From contig JAQGDQ010000152.1 in NCBI GenBank assembly GCA_030141605.1, positions 248,001-312,000 of the forward strand: a stretch of DNA of 64,000 bases, in the 5' to 3' direction. The DNA is from Tubiluchus corallicola. Its lineage: Eukaryota > Animalia > Priapulida. The notes beneath the pieces are model-generated. The model was not told the DNA's origin, made no database searches, and was given only the letters and a program-made list of their open reading frames with translations. Both the position numbers and the translations under genes were made by a program. Shown here one piece after another: positions 13,448 to 44,908 of this stretch. Position 1 is the first letter of the stretch. Each line of letters opens with the position of its first letter.

Positions 13448-16400
13448 ATGTTTGAAGCAAAAATGTTAGCACATATCGACTATTGTGATTTCAGTTTGTT
13501 GCTACTTCTTGCAATTAAAATATGTAAATGTGCTAGAATTCATGTTCCAGGGTTACCGGAGACGTCTTTGTCAAAACCGGGAGATTTAATCATCGGCTCA
13601 ATTTCCTCCGTCCACTCCCCGGATCCTCCCCAACTGTGCGGAGACTCCCTTATATTTGACTTCATGGTACCGTTAACTTATGCTCAAATCTACGCCATAG
13701 AAAAGATAAACAAAAACCCAGAGTTGCTACCGAACTTGACGCTAGGTTACACTATAGTAGATGGATGCTGGACACAGCACACCGCTATTGCTCAAGCAAT
13801 GAATTTTGCCAAAGTTTCTGGAAAGCGTGATGATCACCTGTTCAACGACAATGCACCTGGTTTTCTGGAAGATGGCGTTCCGCTCTGTGAGGAGTGTGAC
13901 GTTGTTGGTATAGTTGGTGATTATTTCAGTCAAATGTCGGTTCTTATAGCCCGGATTTTAGGAGTTCTTCGCATTCCACAAATCAGTCCCACGTCCAGCA
14001 CAGACGAGCTCAGTGATAAAAATATTTTTCCCTATTTTTTGAGAATGACACCTCCAGATAGCAAACAGGTAAGTGCCATAATGGCAACTGTGGCACGTTT
14101 CAATTGGACATACATTTCTGTGTTTTATGCAGAAGGCAGCTACGGGGATGTGTCTGCAAAGAGAATACGCCAAATTGCTGAAGATATGGGAATTTGCTTG
14201 GCCTTTTTTCGCAGAATACCAGATTCTCTTGGCGACGGTGAAACTTCCGAAATTGTTGATGAGCTTCTAGAGTATAAAAACGCAAGAGTTGTTATAGCAT
14301 TTATGTATCGACCACAGTTGCTTTCCATTATGGAGAACTTGGCCCAAAGACAAGTTCAAGAGAAGTTCATCTGGTTGTGCAGCGATGGTGCTGGAACTGC
14401 ATCATTTGAAGGAATTGAGGAAGTAGCCAATGGACTACTAGTATTTCGGTCTTGGTCGCCGACTTCGGTTGATGATTTCAATGAGTGGTGGTTTAGCAGG
14501 ACTCCAGCAGATTTTGGCGGTGATAACTTGTTTCAAGAATTTTGGCAAAATGTGCATCACTGCAGTATTAGAAATGGTTCTTGTGATTTTAGCCATGGTT
14601 CCCAGCTTGGACCTCACTTTACTGGACCACCTGACTACGTCTACAGCTGCATTATAAGTGTCTATGCATTCGCTTATGCATTGCATGACCTCATAAGTGA
14701 AAAATGTATTGGAGTTGACAGAAGTTACCTCCGCGCCTGTGTGGCAAAGAATGATCTTTTATCCTACTTGTATAACGTTAGTTTTGAAGGTCACCCGGGT
14801 CACGTGATCACTTTTGATGAGAATGGCGACATACGCCCAAAGTATAATGTCTTAGTTTTTAAAGAGGTAAACAATTCATATGGTAAATTTAAAGTAGGCA
14901 CCTGGGAAGCAGACATTTTAAGTTTGGATTTTAGTGGTATTCCTTGGGCTAGTCAAAGTGATATGATACCAGATTCAGTGTGCAGTTATCCTTGCCCTGC
15001 CCGTCATTACTACATCCAGATGGAGCAGCCATGTTGTTGGAAATGTCAGCCTTGTCGAAACAATGAATATTTGATCAACAACTACACCGACTGCGTTCCT
15101 TGTCCAATACTATTCTGGCCTGATGATCATTTGGAAACTTCTTGCAAACGGATACCGCCGGAATACCTTCACTGGAATGACAGGGCGTCAATCGGTTTGG
15201 CCAGCATTGCTCTTGTGGGAATGTCAGTGACCATTCTGATCACTGCTTTGTTTATTTACCACAGAAATAAGCAGCTGATAAAAGCCTGTAGTAAAGAATT
15301 GAGCTTCTTCATGCTTGCAGGTAAGCGGCTTGGATTCTTATTACTATAATGTCCAACATTGTAATCCATTTGTCTCTGCCTCATTTTTCTGCGTCGACTT
15401 TGTTGCATTAGGTGTCAAAATTGACTTTCACTTGAGTAATAATGCGGAAAAAATGGAAATACTTCTAACGTTAAAAAGGGCTAACTTGCCATATAATTCA
15501 GTATATTACAGTTCAGCAATAATCACAATAGTTTTACATTGAGAAACGTTTTAGTTCTGACACAATTGCAAATCCTCACTGTAATAAGTAGGTAAATAAG
15601 GGAAAAGTTTAGTTTATACACTCTAAAAGACGTCCATAAAACATGCTAGAGATGCTAACATGTTACGTTTATATACATTTTTTCTTCTGAACTGATTTTG
15701 GTCAGTTGGAAACGCATCAGGCAGTTGAAGTAGCGCCACTGCATGGCCATTCAATGGTTTTTTTACTCAACGGTATAGGTTTAGTTTTCAAACTAACCCA
15801 CAGTCGAAGCCTCTATCCCCAGAAAAACTTGAGAAACCAAGTGGTATATTTTGCTTTCAAGACGGCATGAAAAAGCTCTGCTGCCATTTCATTTCTGCAC
15901 AGAGATTTCTGGAACACTGCCAAGTGTCATCGTGACGTACAATTTCAAGAATGTATTTAAAAACAGTGCTGCGTGTGATACTTACGTTTTACTCAGTACT
16001 AAAACAATGGCTAAAAAATTTACTGAAGCAGCACCCCACTAATTTTAGCTACGAGGCGCCACTATCTAGTTCCTTGTTCAGTGTATTTTGCAAATCAATG
16101 GCAAGTTTATAATATTGGACTGAATTCGACCCAGGGGGTCGAACTCCAAGATGCCATGGCGGTCTTGATATTGCGCATCATGAAGATCCATTTTACTATC
16201 GTTGTGTAACTGATTACTTAAACTACAAATGTCAATTTTAATTACAAATGTTATGTTAATTAGTTAATTAATGTCTGTAAACTAGTACCTTATACCTGTT
16301 ACAGCGTGTCATCTAACTCTCATAAAACAAAATACACGAAAACTACACTGTATGGAGTTTATTCACAGCACTAATAACAATAGGGAACAAAATACACGTG

Positions 16401-19400
16401 CACAAAAAAATAACTAACTAACTCAGTAACAGCACTACACCCGAGGAGCACCTGTGTCAGAAAATCAAGGCTGTAGTGACCTCTACACGCCTTTATCCTG
16501 GCATTCCAGGTCAGCTGGCTTCTCACACCACGTGTAGGCCCAAACAAGACGTCTGGACCTACAAGAAAGCGGTGAGTCGCTGCTGACGTGGAAGCAGGGC
16601 GTGTAGAGGGCCCTACACCTGACCCGACACAGGTGCCTCCGTAACAATATTTATATAATATAAAAATAAACCATTTACACTGTGAGTCTTATGTAATGTC
16701 TCGGAGCGACCCCAGCCAATGCTGTTAGGATGGTAAGCTCATCGCTTTAAATAATTCAAAGCAAACATAGGCTATTTTACCACATGTAATTGCACTTCTT
16801 TCAGGTGTGTTTCTGAGTTACCTAAGCATAATTCTGCTTCTGATGAAACCGACGCAAAACAGTTGCACGCTTTTGCATCTGCTGTTTCCACTCCCGTTCA
16901 CTATAATTTATGGACCTCTGCTAGCCAGAACAAACAGAATCTATCGCATCTTCAATTCTGCAAGGAAATCTAATCAACGGCCGAAGTGGATCAGTCCCAA
17001 AGCCCAAGTCAGCTTATCGGCGATTTTAATCTTGTTACAGGTAGGTTTACAAAAAACAGAATTTAGGAAAAAAGTGGAAAGAAAGATGAATAAGCATCAA
17101 CTGTTGCATTTGTTCTTCAGAGAAAGAAAATTTGTTAGGAAATTTGTATCACAAGGGCAAACTTACTTATATTTGCAAGAGCAAAGGTAACTCCTTTAAT
17201 TTAATTTACTACCTGCGTAATACGATTGACAATGCTTTAAGAAATTTAATGGGAAAATAACGTTTGTCTTGTCTAGTTCGGGTAGTGTTTTGATATATTT
17301 TGTTTGGTTTTATTCCCCTTCTCCTCTCTCCTACTCTCCTCTTCTCTCCTCTCTTCTACTCTGTTTTCCTCTCCTATCCTCTCCTCTTTTCTCTCCTCTC
17401 TTCTACTCTTCTCTCTTACTCTGCTTTCCTCTCCTCTCCTCTGCTCTCCTCTTCTACTCTGCTTTCCTCTCCTCTTCTGTTCTCTCCTCTTCTACTCTGT
17501 TTTCCTCTCCTCTTCTACTCTGCTTTCCTCAATTGACAAAAGATCAATTAAAATACGGCGGCGCTGCTTTGTTACTTTGAAAACACACAACTCGGCAAAT
17601 TCTATGTAAAACTGTTTTAAATTTCAAGTTTATCGCTGAGCTAATACGTGATTTCACGAGCCTGTCATCAACTTTCCAATTTACGTCAAACATATTGGTC
17701 TATTGCTCCGCCTCCGCTGTAACGTAAGCACGCTCAGCAGCCTTCGGGGCAACAGCTCACGCAAGACAGCAACTGTCTAGACTAGACTAGACTAGACTAG
17801 ACTAGACCAGACCAGACCAAACCAAACTAAACTAAACTAAACTAAACTAAACTAAACTAAACTAAACTAAACTAAACTAAACTAAACTAAACTAAACTAA
17901 ACTAAACTAAACTAAACTAAACTAAACTAAACTAAAACTAAACTAAACTAAACTAAACTAAACTAAACTAAACTAAACTAAACTAAACTAAACTAAACTA
18001 AACTAAACTAAACTAAACTAAACTAAACTAAACTAAACTAAACTAAACTAAACTAAACTAAACTAAACTAAACTAAACTAAACTAAACTAAACCAAACCA
18101 AACCAAACCAAACCAAACCAAACCAAACCAAACCAAACCAAACCAAACCAAACCAAACCAAACCAAACCAAACGAAACGAAACGAAACGAAACGAAACGA
18201 AACGAAACGAAACGAAACGAAACGAAACGAAACAACATGACAGTCACAACTAATGTCTAATCAGCAGATAAACTGATTGCACTTTTTCATAGACACAAAC
18301 TTGCAGAGCAGCAGCTATTTTTACACGAAATTAATACTTCAGGTAGCAAAAAACGACTTTTTAATTTAAACAATGTAGAGACGAAGTTTCAAAGCACTAC
18401 AAAATACAGAGACATAAGTATAATAAAGAAACTAAGCCTGTCAGCTTGCTTTAGCATAAATGAGCAACAAAAATATTGTCTCTCTTGCCTTTAAACATAC
18501 GAACATCAAGCCTGCGATGTATTTTTCTGTATTAACTGATTCATGTGCTCGTCTGCAAGATTTATTCAGTTTTTGTATTTTTCCGTTTCCCAGGCTACGG
18601 AAATGGAATAACTTTGACTATTTCATTCCATAGACGACTCTTATATGAATGCCCGTGTCATATAAGTCCAAATGGCATTTTTAACCTTCATTATAACCAG
18701 AAAAATAGCGCAAAATTAGCTAATATTACATTGATGTACAATATAATTTTGATCACTTTTGAATTAATTTTCACTGTGAAGATCTCATTAAGGTTTGTAA
18801 AAACTGGCCAGAAAAGAATACATTTTGTTTTGTCCTTATTTAAAGATCATCAAATAGTTGTTTCTATCTAACTTGCAAAGCCATGAACTAAACTAAACTG
18901 CGTATTTTCTTGATTGCAAAATGGTTTAATCAACAACTCATACACGTAAACGTCGTGCATTTCTTCCTATGAACGAAATTAGACTATATATTTCAGCTAA
19001 TTTACTTGCAATTTAAAATTTAAGCTTGCTAGTAGTGCTAAAAGCTTGTAGTAAGCGGTGGCTCGTGTATAGGTACTGTGGTACTGCAGCAACTCCTGTT
19101 TTCACTCTTTTTTATCGATAATATTCAATATAATGTCTTTTTGCTTTAGTTCGTTCTTTATACTTGTATGGAACCAGAGCACGTGAGGGTAGTACTGTTC
19201 GCTTCACAGTCCAAGCAACGTGGTGTTTGGCTGTTGTGCGCATGCGGAATGCGCACATGTCTGAGACAACACGCTGTACGCTAGCGTCTGCTGCTAGGTA
19301 GAACAATACTGTCTTGAACACAGTAACAATTACCACGTGTTTACCGTGTACCGTCACATTCTTGAATGTGACAAAGTGTAACTCAGCGTATGTGCGTAAA

Positions 19401-21026
19401 ACATAATGGACGCCTTGCATCCACTGGAAATAAGTTCTGTGATTGTAAGTGAACTACAACAGCTTAAATCTTCACAGTTGTGTCTCCATGACAAAGTTGC
19501 AGTTAAGAAAAGAGGCCGTTCAACACCAGATTGAAATTACGTAATTATGTTTGTTACATTTTACACCGTATTATAACAATGGCTAAAAAATTTCTGAAGC
19601 AGCACCCCCACTAATTTTAGCCACGAGCCACCATTGCTTGTAGTTCCGCTGTCATATGCCAGATGGCGCGCACCATTTAGTCTCAACATTTAAACACCTC
19701 TAAGTGCCACCAGAAAGATTTTGCGGCTGCCATGTAAGAAATTAATTGCAGTTAGCATCATGACAAACGATATGTGGTGCTCAGTAATGCTAAATGGCAT
19801 ACTAGCACACGCACACACGCTGTGCATTGTATAATTAATTGCAAACACCAGAGCGCAATAATATCAATAAATACTGTACTACGAAGCCTTACGTAACCCG
19901 ATGCGTGAAATTGTCGCTTTGCTGCAAAATGCGAAGTGAAGAGTTCAATGTCAGTTATCAAATGCCAAGACTTATAAAAATATGGTGTGTAATTTACAAA
20001 AAACAGTAAAGAAAAAAGTTGGCAAAGATAGACGCGTTAAAATAAAGGTATAGGGAGGGAATCAGAAAACTAAAAAGATAGGAAGATAGTCAGATAGACA
20101 GTTACATACTATTTACAAGAACACAGAAAGACCTGAGACAAGAAGCAAGAACGACAACGGCGACGATGGTGACGAGGACGACTACAACAACAACAACAAA
20201 AACAATAACAACAACAACAATAATAATAGTAGCAGCAGCAACGGTACGCTGCTTTGTGACTGCTTTAAGATGTAAGCATTGAATTTTATGCTTCAACGAC
20301 AGCAACAGCAACAACAACAACCAGCAACAGTAACTGCAAACTGCAAAAGAAACAGCATACTGCAGCAGCAGTAACAATAATGGCAACAACTAGCTGTAAA
20401 AGCAGCAGCGCCTACAAACATCTAAATTATATGCAACTATGGTTAATGTTCTTTTGAAGATGTCGTATGTAATTCAGGAACTAATCTGTTTCTTTGTTCT
20501 CCAGCTAATCTCGACATCGGTCACATTGAAACTGACTCCGCCTCAAGCCGTAGAAGAACAGAGCGTCGTCACAGAACGTTTCGTGGAACTCTACTGCTGG
20601 ATTGCTCCCGAGGAATTCCTCTCCTCCCTATCCTACAACATCATCCTCATCCTTGCTTGTACCTACTACGCCATCAAGACTAGGAAGCTTCCAGATAACT
20701 TCAATGAGTCAAGATTTATTGGTATCTGCGTCTACACCACCATTATCATGTGGATGGCTTTCATACCTACCTACTACGTGACTAACAAAGGTACCCACAA
20801 GGTAATAGTGCTATCGCTGGCGACTGTCGTCAATGCCGCAGTGACGTCGCTTTGTCTCTTTGCAGTCAAGATTTACGCCATATACTACGCATCTGAAGAA
20901 GCACTTTTCGTGATGACGCTTGCTTCAAAAAACATCAAGCCGAACAGCGTAGGTCCCTTACATGTAGGCCCTTCTGCTACCACGACCTCCAGTGGCAGGT
21001 TTGTGAAACAGGCGTTTCACATGTAA
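13448..21026 (+). CDS. Class C GPCR, metabotropic glutamate receptor-like; exons 13448-15320, 16805-17040, 20505-21026 (876 aa)
   Basis: Signal peptide, Venus-flytrap motifs (PGDLIIG, IEKIN..PELLPNLTLG, IPQIS..S..ELSDK..FPYFLR..PPD, FNWTY, EGSYG, W..SDG), cysteine-rich domain (SVCS.PC, CCWKC.PC) and 7TM motifs (LIKA.S.ELS, RTNRIYRIF, KTRKLPDNFNESRFIG, IMWMAFIP.Y). The GT-AG sites at 15321/16804 (phase 1) and 17041/20504 (phase 0) keep the frame. Confidence 0.93.
16297..16646 (-). mobile_element. Solo-LTR-like element (350 bp) in GPCR intron 1
   Basis: Termini TGTTAC...GTAACA, AATAAA on the minus strand at about 16358-16363, and a GC-rich 5' half. The flanks (atacc/atatt) are at best a degraded TSD. 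Confidence 0.6.
17315..17530. repeat. Degenerate (CTCTC/CTCCT) pyrimidine-rich tandem repeat
   Basis: Direct reading; it accounts for the spurious Leu/Ser ORFs here. Confidence 0.85.
17777..18233. repeat. Compound pentanucleotide microsatellite (ACTAG)-(ACCAG)-(ACTAA)n-(ACCAA)n-(ACGAA)n
   Basis: Direct reading. Confidence 0.95.
19056..19633. mobile_element. Probable degenerate MITE (TIR ggtggctcgtg / cacgagccacc)
   Basis: 11-bp inverted ends. The right end (aacaatggctaaaaaattt..ctgaagcagcacccc..actaattttagc) is also present at about 16002-16063. Confidence 0.45.
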
Positions 21027-21479
21027 AAGTGAAAAAAGTTCAGTAATTCAACCACTTTTTATGAAAGTTACCGTAAAGTGTTATTATAAAGATAATACTT
21101 TGGATTCCAACTTTAAGTACGGTGAACCAAACAAATTTCTTTGTCTCCTCATGAGCAAAAGATAACTTAAAAAACATGTAATTTTACTATTAGTGTCAAA
21201 TGGTGGTTTTCCCATGATTTTACCAAGAATGATCGGGATAGAAGCTTCAAATTCATTTGAACCATGTGCAAACAGAATCTCGTAAAATTACAGTCGCATG
21301 GAATTGTAGATTCAAACGTAGCTGCTGTTTTTCTTACGTTATTATCTATTCACTCTGTCAGAAATGTAATCAATGCTTCATTTACACGTGCAAATGGAAG
21401 AAATTCGAGAGTGGAAAATAATTCTAACCCAAATTGCCGTTAAAGTCAGTTCTATATATACATATACACACATATCTAT

Positions 21480-21945
21480 CTATATATATATATATATTAA
21501 TTCTTTATTTGTCATTAAAATGGTTCACTCATTATAATAAAATTGAGTAAGCCTCAGCGTAATGTTAAAATAACAACACTGTTCAAGACAAATGCGTCCA
21601 GTGCAGACTAAAAAAAAAACTAAAGTGCAAAACTAAGGCCTAATCATAAACAATAAATGGACATATTTACAAACTACATATTAAAATATTTTTACAAAAC
21701 AATATTACAAAAGTACATTAAATTTTACATGACATATTTTACACAATATACATTTGACATGACACAATTAACATAACACATATTACATTACATAATTTTT
21801 TTAAAAAATTTCATCTTTAATCGTTTTATGGAGTCAGGGGCGGGGGTAGATGAAAGTTGAATCTGTGTAATTAGTATCAGATGCACAATGTGGAAGTTGA
21901 AACCTGTTATATTGATATTCTTTTAATTTCTTTTTAGTCTTTAAT
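21480..21945 (-). mobile_element. Short 3' fragment of the same LINE family as 7818-8720
   Basis: The minus strand encodes KKLKEYQYNRFQLPH...TDSTFIYPRP*, matching ...TKLKSLILTRYEIPSH...TNSEFIYPRPY*. It shares the 3'UTR motif (caaatgcgtc.agtgca) and has (TA)n on both sides. Confidence 0.8.
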
Positions 21946-22914
21946 ATAGACTATAAATATATATATATATTTATATATATATATATATAGGATTGTCAAT
22001 GTTCAACATTGCTCAAAAATAAATCTGCTCGAGTCAATTTAATGACGCAAGCGCGTTTTTTGTGGTTTTTATGATTGACAAAATAATCACTGTTAAATTT
22101 TACTGTCTTTTCCATAAAAGCGCATTGTCAGCTAACTAGCTCATTTGTTTTGAAAAGTAGTTCCTTTTGTTTTCATCAGACGTATTAATGCGCGGACTGA
22201 CACAAGCCTCATTTTCGTCATTATAAGCGAATTAAAACAATGATGGTTTTGAAAGATTATACAAGGATTTTATTCAAATGTTCGTTAACCGGCTCATTCT
22301 ATTCATCTTTTTCATCCAGTCATTCCATCTTTTGATTTTTTGTTCACTTGTTTGTTCGTTTATTGATTAATTTAATTTGCTGCCAGTCTGTCTGTCCATT
22401 GGTTTGTCCGCTCAGCCAATCAGTCGGTTAGTGGGAAAACCGGTTAGTCACTTACCCTAGTTGTTAATTAGGTAGTCATTTAATAAGTCACTTAGTCAGA
22501 CAGACAGACAGACGGTCGGACAGTAAGTCAGTCAGCTAATCCATCAGTCATTCATCCAGGCATTCATTAGATGCAATAAATAATCCTTTAATTCATTCAT
22601 TTATTCATCGGGTTATTCTTTCGTTTAACTATTAATCAATTTTGTATTCATTCATTCTCATTCGTATGTTTGCAAGCAGTTGGAATGCATTATTTACCAT
22701 CGCGTGATTAGTTATTTCACAGTAATTAACTGGCTCTTTCGTTCTGTTCGTTAAATGTTTTTTTTATTTCTTTGTTCGTTTGTCAGTCAGCAAATAGCTA
22801 TCAGCTATCTATTCGCGCATCGTTGTTCAAATTATTTTATTACCAGAAACATTAACAGCATCACGCAAAGCATTAAAAACAATAACACGACAAACGAAAT
22901 TTATTGACACAATT

Positions 22915-41354
<18,440 letters not shown>

Positions 41355-42299
41355 AGTTCGTAATGTTATTCTACATCCATCATTCTTGACAGCTGCAGTT
41401 TTTTACAGAAACAGGGTGACCAAAATTGTTCATAGTGTCAAGTAACTGCATTTTATTCAGAATGACAAAAAAATTGCCAGTTTAATTTTGAATTACAAAC
41501 AAAAACTCCGTACATTAACTTAACGTAGTTGATGCAAGTGGATTGTTTTCAACTTGCTGAATGTGACATATGAACGTTCACCACAGACTGATTGGAAGTT
41601 CTACATGCCCTCAGTTCAGCACTATGTGAGCCTATAATTGTTAAACTGCTGTCAGAATAGCTACCATGGCTTAACTTGCTAGGTGAATGACACAAAGAAT
41701 TGGCTTGGCCACGTTTCGCTTGAAGTGTGTCGATAAACATTTGTAAAGTTTTACATCACTGCATGAGCACTTCTGCGTCATTTTACTGAACAAAAACATT
41801 ATACGCTGTAACTATAATATGTTCAGTTGGACCACTCTCTTTTGCTGTTTACCACTCCCTTGTCATTTACTTAGTTATTTGTGCATATGTAAATTTTGTA
41901 AAAAAAAATTCAGTGCATTTTTTTTATTACTGTACTTCTCTATTGTCATTTTGTTTTGTGTTAAGTTGCTAGAGGACGCTATTATGCACTTTGTATGACT
42001 GACTGGTATACTGGCTCTTGCAGGCAATAAATATATCTTACGTACATTTATACATTTTGTATAATTATATATATTAAGATATTTATTTATTAGTGCCAAA
42101 AATACATACAAGACATACATACAATTTCAATTTTGAAATATACAAAAAAACGAGACATATATACAATTTCAATTATGAAAGATAATGACATTATAATTAT
42201 ACAAACAAAACAATTACTAATAAAATAAATATTGTCAACAGGAAGCTGTTAGTTATATTAGTTATTTAATGAAAAGTTTCATGATTAGTATTTAAAATA

Positions 42300-42670
42300 A
42301 ATCGTCATTCATTATGCCTCATTTTGAATGATATGATCATTACATAGTATATTGTTCTATGGAAAACGCTTTTCCAGCATAATCAATAAACACCTTAATT
42401 ACTTCTAAATCATTACTTTCCATCAAGAACAAAAATTTATTAGCATCGCTCATAAGGAAAAATTCTGGAATAATTACATTGATGTGATTATATAACTTTC
42501 CTCTGAGATCATTGTAATATGGACATTTTAAAACAAAGTTTTCGTCTTCGATTTCATTTTTTAAACAGTAGGAGCATACACGATTCTCAGCTGGGATTTT
42601 TCTAGGTTTAACGTACCTCCCTCTTTCAATACACGAAGTACGAGAGCTGATTCTCAGTTTTGTAAATTTT
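42300..42670 (-). mobile_element. LINE ORF2 C-terminal fragment
   Basis: The minus strand reads TKLRISS....IERGRY.KPRKIPAENRVCSYC...EIEDE.FVLKCPYYNDLR. Confidence 0.8.
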
Positions 42671-43601
42671 CTTATAGCATATTTGGAATAATATTAATAA
42701 GATGTTAATAAGATGTTAATAAGATGTTAATTGAGAAATAAAGATTTTATCTATCTACCTGTCTGTTTGTTTCTCTATCTGTCGATCTTATTATTTAATA
42801 CTTCAACAGCTCTTAGTAGGCCTAAGGCAAAAGGGCACTACGTATGCTTTCAAGTAATGACTCGAGCTAAGCTAGGGCTAATAATGATTACACGTTGATG
42901 TGTTTTATGAATGTTGGCTTTGTTAATTCAGTCATCTTCTTCACTCGCTTGGAAGCATTCACTCTCATGATGGCCACTGCAACGATAACGTGCTTGCAAG
43001 AAATCTTTCAATACCATCACAGGCACCCTTGTCATCAAGAAGTAACATCACAGATACCTGAGGAATTATTCTATCCACTGATCCATCTTCCATAAAGCGA
43101 ACAATAAATCAGATCAATTACATATTACATGACTCGACCTCACAACAGTTAAAGACGAAGTTTGAGTTTTTCATCAAAACTGAAAGAAAGCATCTAACGA
43201 GGATCTTATGGTAGTTTTAACTGCAGCAAGTATTATTCCTATATAACACTTTACTACGTGTTAATAATGTTTGCTGTATAAGACAAATAATTTCAATTCA
43301 ATTCTTGATGGTTACCAAGGCTGTCACGCATTTACAAAGTTTGACCAGCAAAACCGAACGAAATGTTTTGGAAAAAACGCAACTCCAAAGGCCTGTTTCA
43401 ATAGGTAGGCTTAGGAAGTCATGGTAGCTAATAAGACTAGCGTCAAATTTTAAAATAAAGCAGAGAATTATAATATCTATGATAAGGAAGTTTTGTTTTT
43501 ACGTTAACTTTGACCATTAAATAAAAGTAACAATGGCATTTCAAATTTTCTTAGATTTTCGTTACTCATTTTCTGTTATGATTTTGACGTTTTCCACCAC
43601 G

Positions 43602-44908
43602 TCAGATCAGACATGTAGCAGAACTACAGTGCATCAAAGCCCGTGCTCAGATCAGACCTGTAGCAGAACTACAGTGCATCAAAGACCGTGCTCAGATCAG
43701 ACATGTAGCAGAACTACAGTGCATCAAAGACCGTGCTCAGATCAGACATGTAGCAGAACTACAGTGCATCAAAGACCGTGCTCAGATCAGACATGTAGCA
43801 GAACTACAGTGCATCAAAGTCCGTGCTCAGATCAGACATGTAGCAGAACTACAGTGCATCAAAGACCGTGCTCAGATCAGACATGTAGCAGAACTACAGT
43901 GCATCAAAGACCGTGCTCAGATCAGACCAGTACCAGAATTACAGTGTATCAAAGACCGTGTTCAGATCAGACCTGTACCAGAACTACAGTGCATCAAAGA
44001 CCGTGCTCAGATCAGACCTGTACCAGAACTACAGTGCATCAAAGCCCGTGTTCAGATCAGACCTGTACCAGAACTACAGTGCATCAAAGCCCGTGTTCAG
44101 ATCAGACCTGTACCAGAACTACAGTGCATCAAAGCCCGTGCTCAGATCAGACCTGGAGCAGAACTACAGTGCATCAAAGACCGTGCTCAGATCAGACCTG
44201 TACCAGAACTACAGTGCATCAAAGCCCGTGTTCAGATCAGACCTGTACCAGAACTACAGTGCATCAAAGCCCGTGTTCAGATCAGACCTGGAGCAGAACT
44301 ACAGTGCATCAAAGACCGTGCTCAGATCAGACCTGTACCAGAACTACAGTGCATCAAAGCCCGTGTTCAGATCAGACCTGTACCAGAACTACAGTGCATC
44401 AAAGCCCGTGTTCAGATCAGACCTGTAACAGAACTACAGTGTATCAAACCCCGTGTTCAGATCAGACATGTAGCAGAACTACAGTGCATCAAAGACCGTG
44501 CTCAGATCAGACCTGTACCAGAACTACAGTGCATCAAAGACCGTGCTCAGATCAGACCTGTACCAGAACTACAGTGCATCAAAGCCCGTGTTCAGATCAG
44601 ACCTGTACCAGAACTACAGTGCATCAAAGCCCGTGCTCAGATCAGACCTGGAGCAGAACTACAGTGCATCAAAGACCGTGTTCAGATCAGACCTGTACCA
44701 GAACTACAGTGCATCAAAGCCCGTGCTCAGATCAGACCTGGAGCAGAACTACAGTGCATCAAAGACCGTGTTCAGATCAGACCTGTACCAGAACTACAGT
44801 GCATCAAAGCCCGTGTTCAGATCAGACCTGTACCAGAACTACAGTGCATCAAAGCCCGTGTTCAGATCAGACCTGTACCAGAACTACAGTGTATCAAAGC
44901 CCGTGCTC
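43602..44908. repeat. 45-bp minisatellite, about 29 copies (tcagatcagacMtgtaScagaactacagtgcatcaaagMccgtgY)
   Basis: Direct reading; the unit length is a multiple of 3, and the array lies inside ORF 43533-44921. Confidence 0.97.

Noticed and set aside
43602-44908. CRISPR array, hammerhead array or miR-148-like array
   Set aside because: The units are contiguous with no unique spacers, CTGATCTGA is not a hammerhead core, and the CAGTGCA similarity to a vertebrate miRNA seed is short and has no hairpin.
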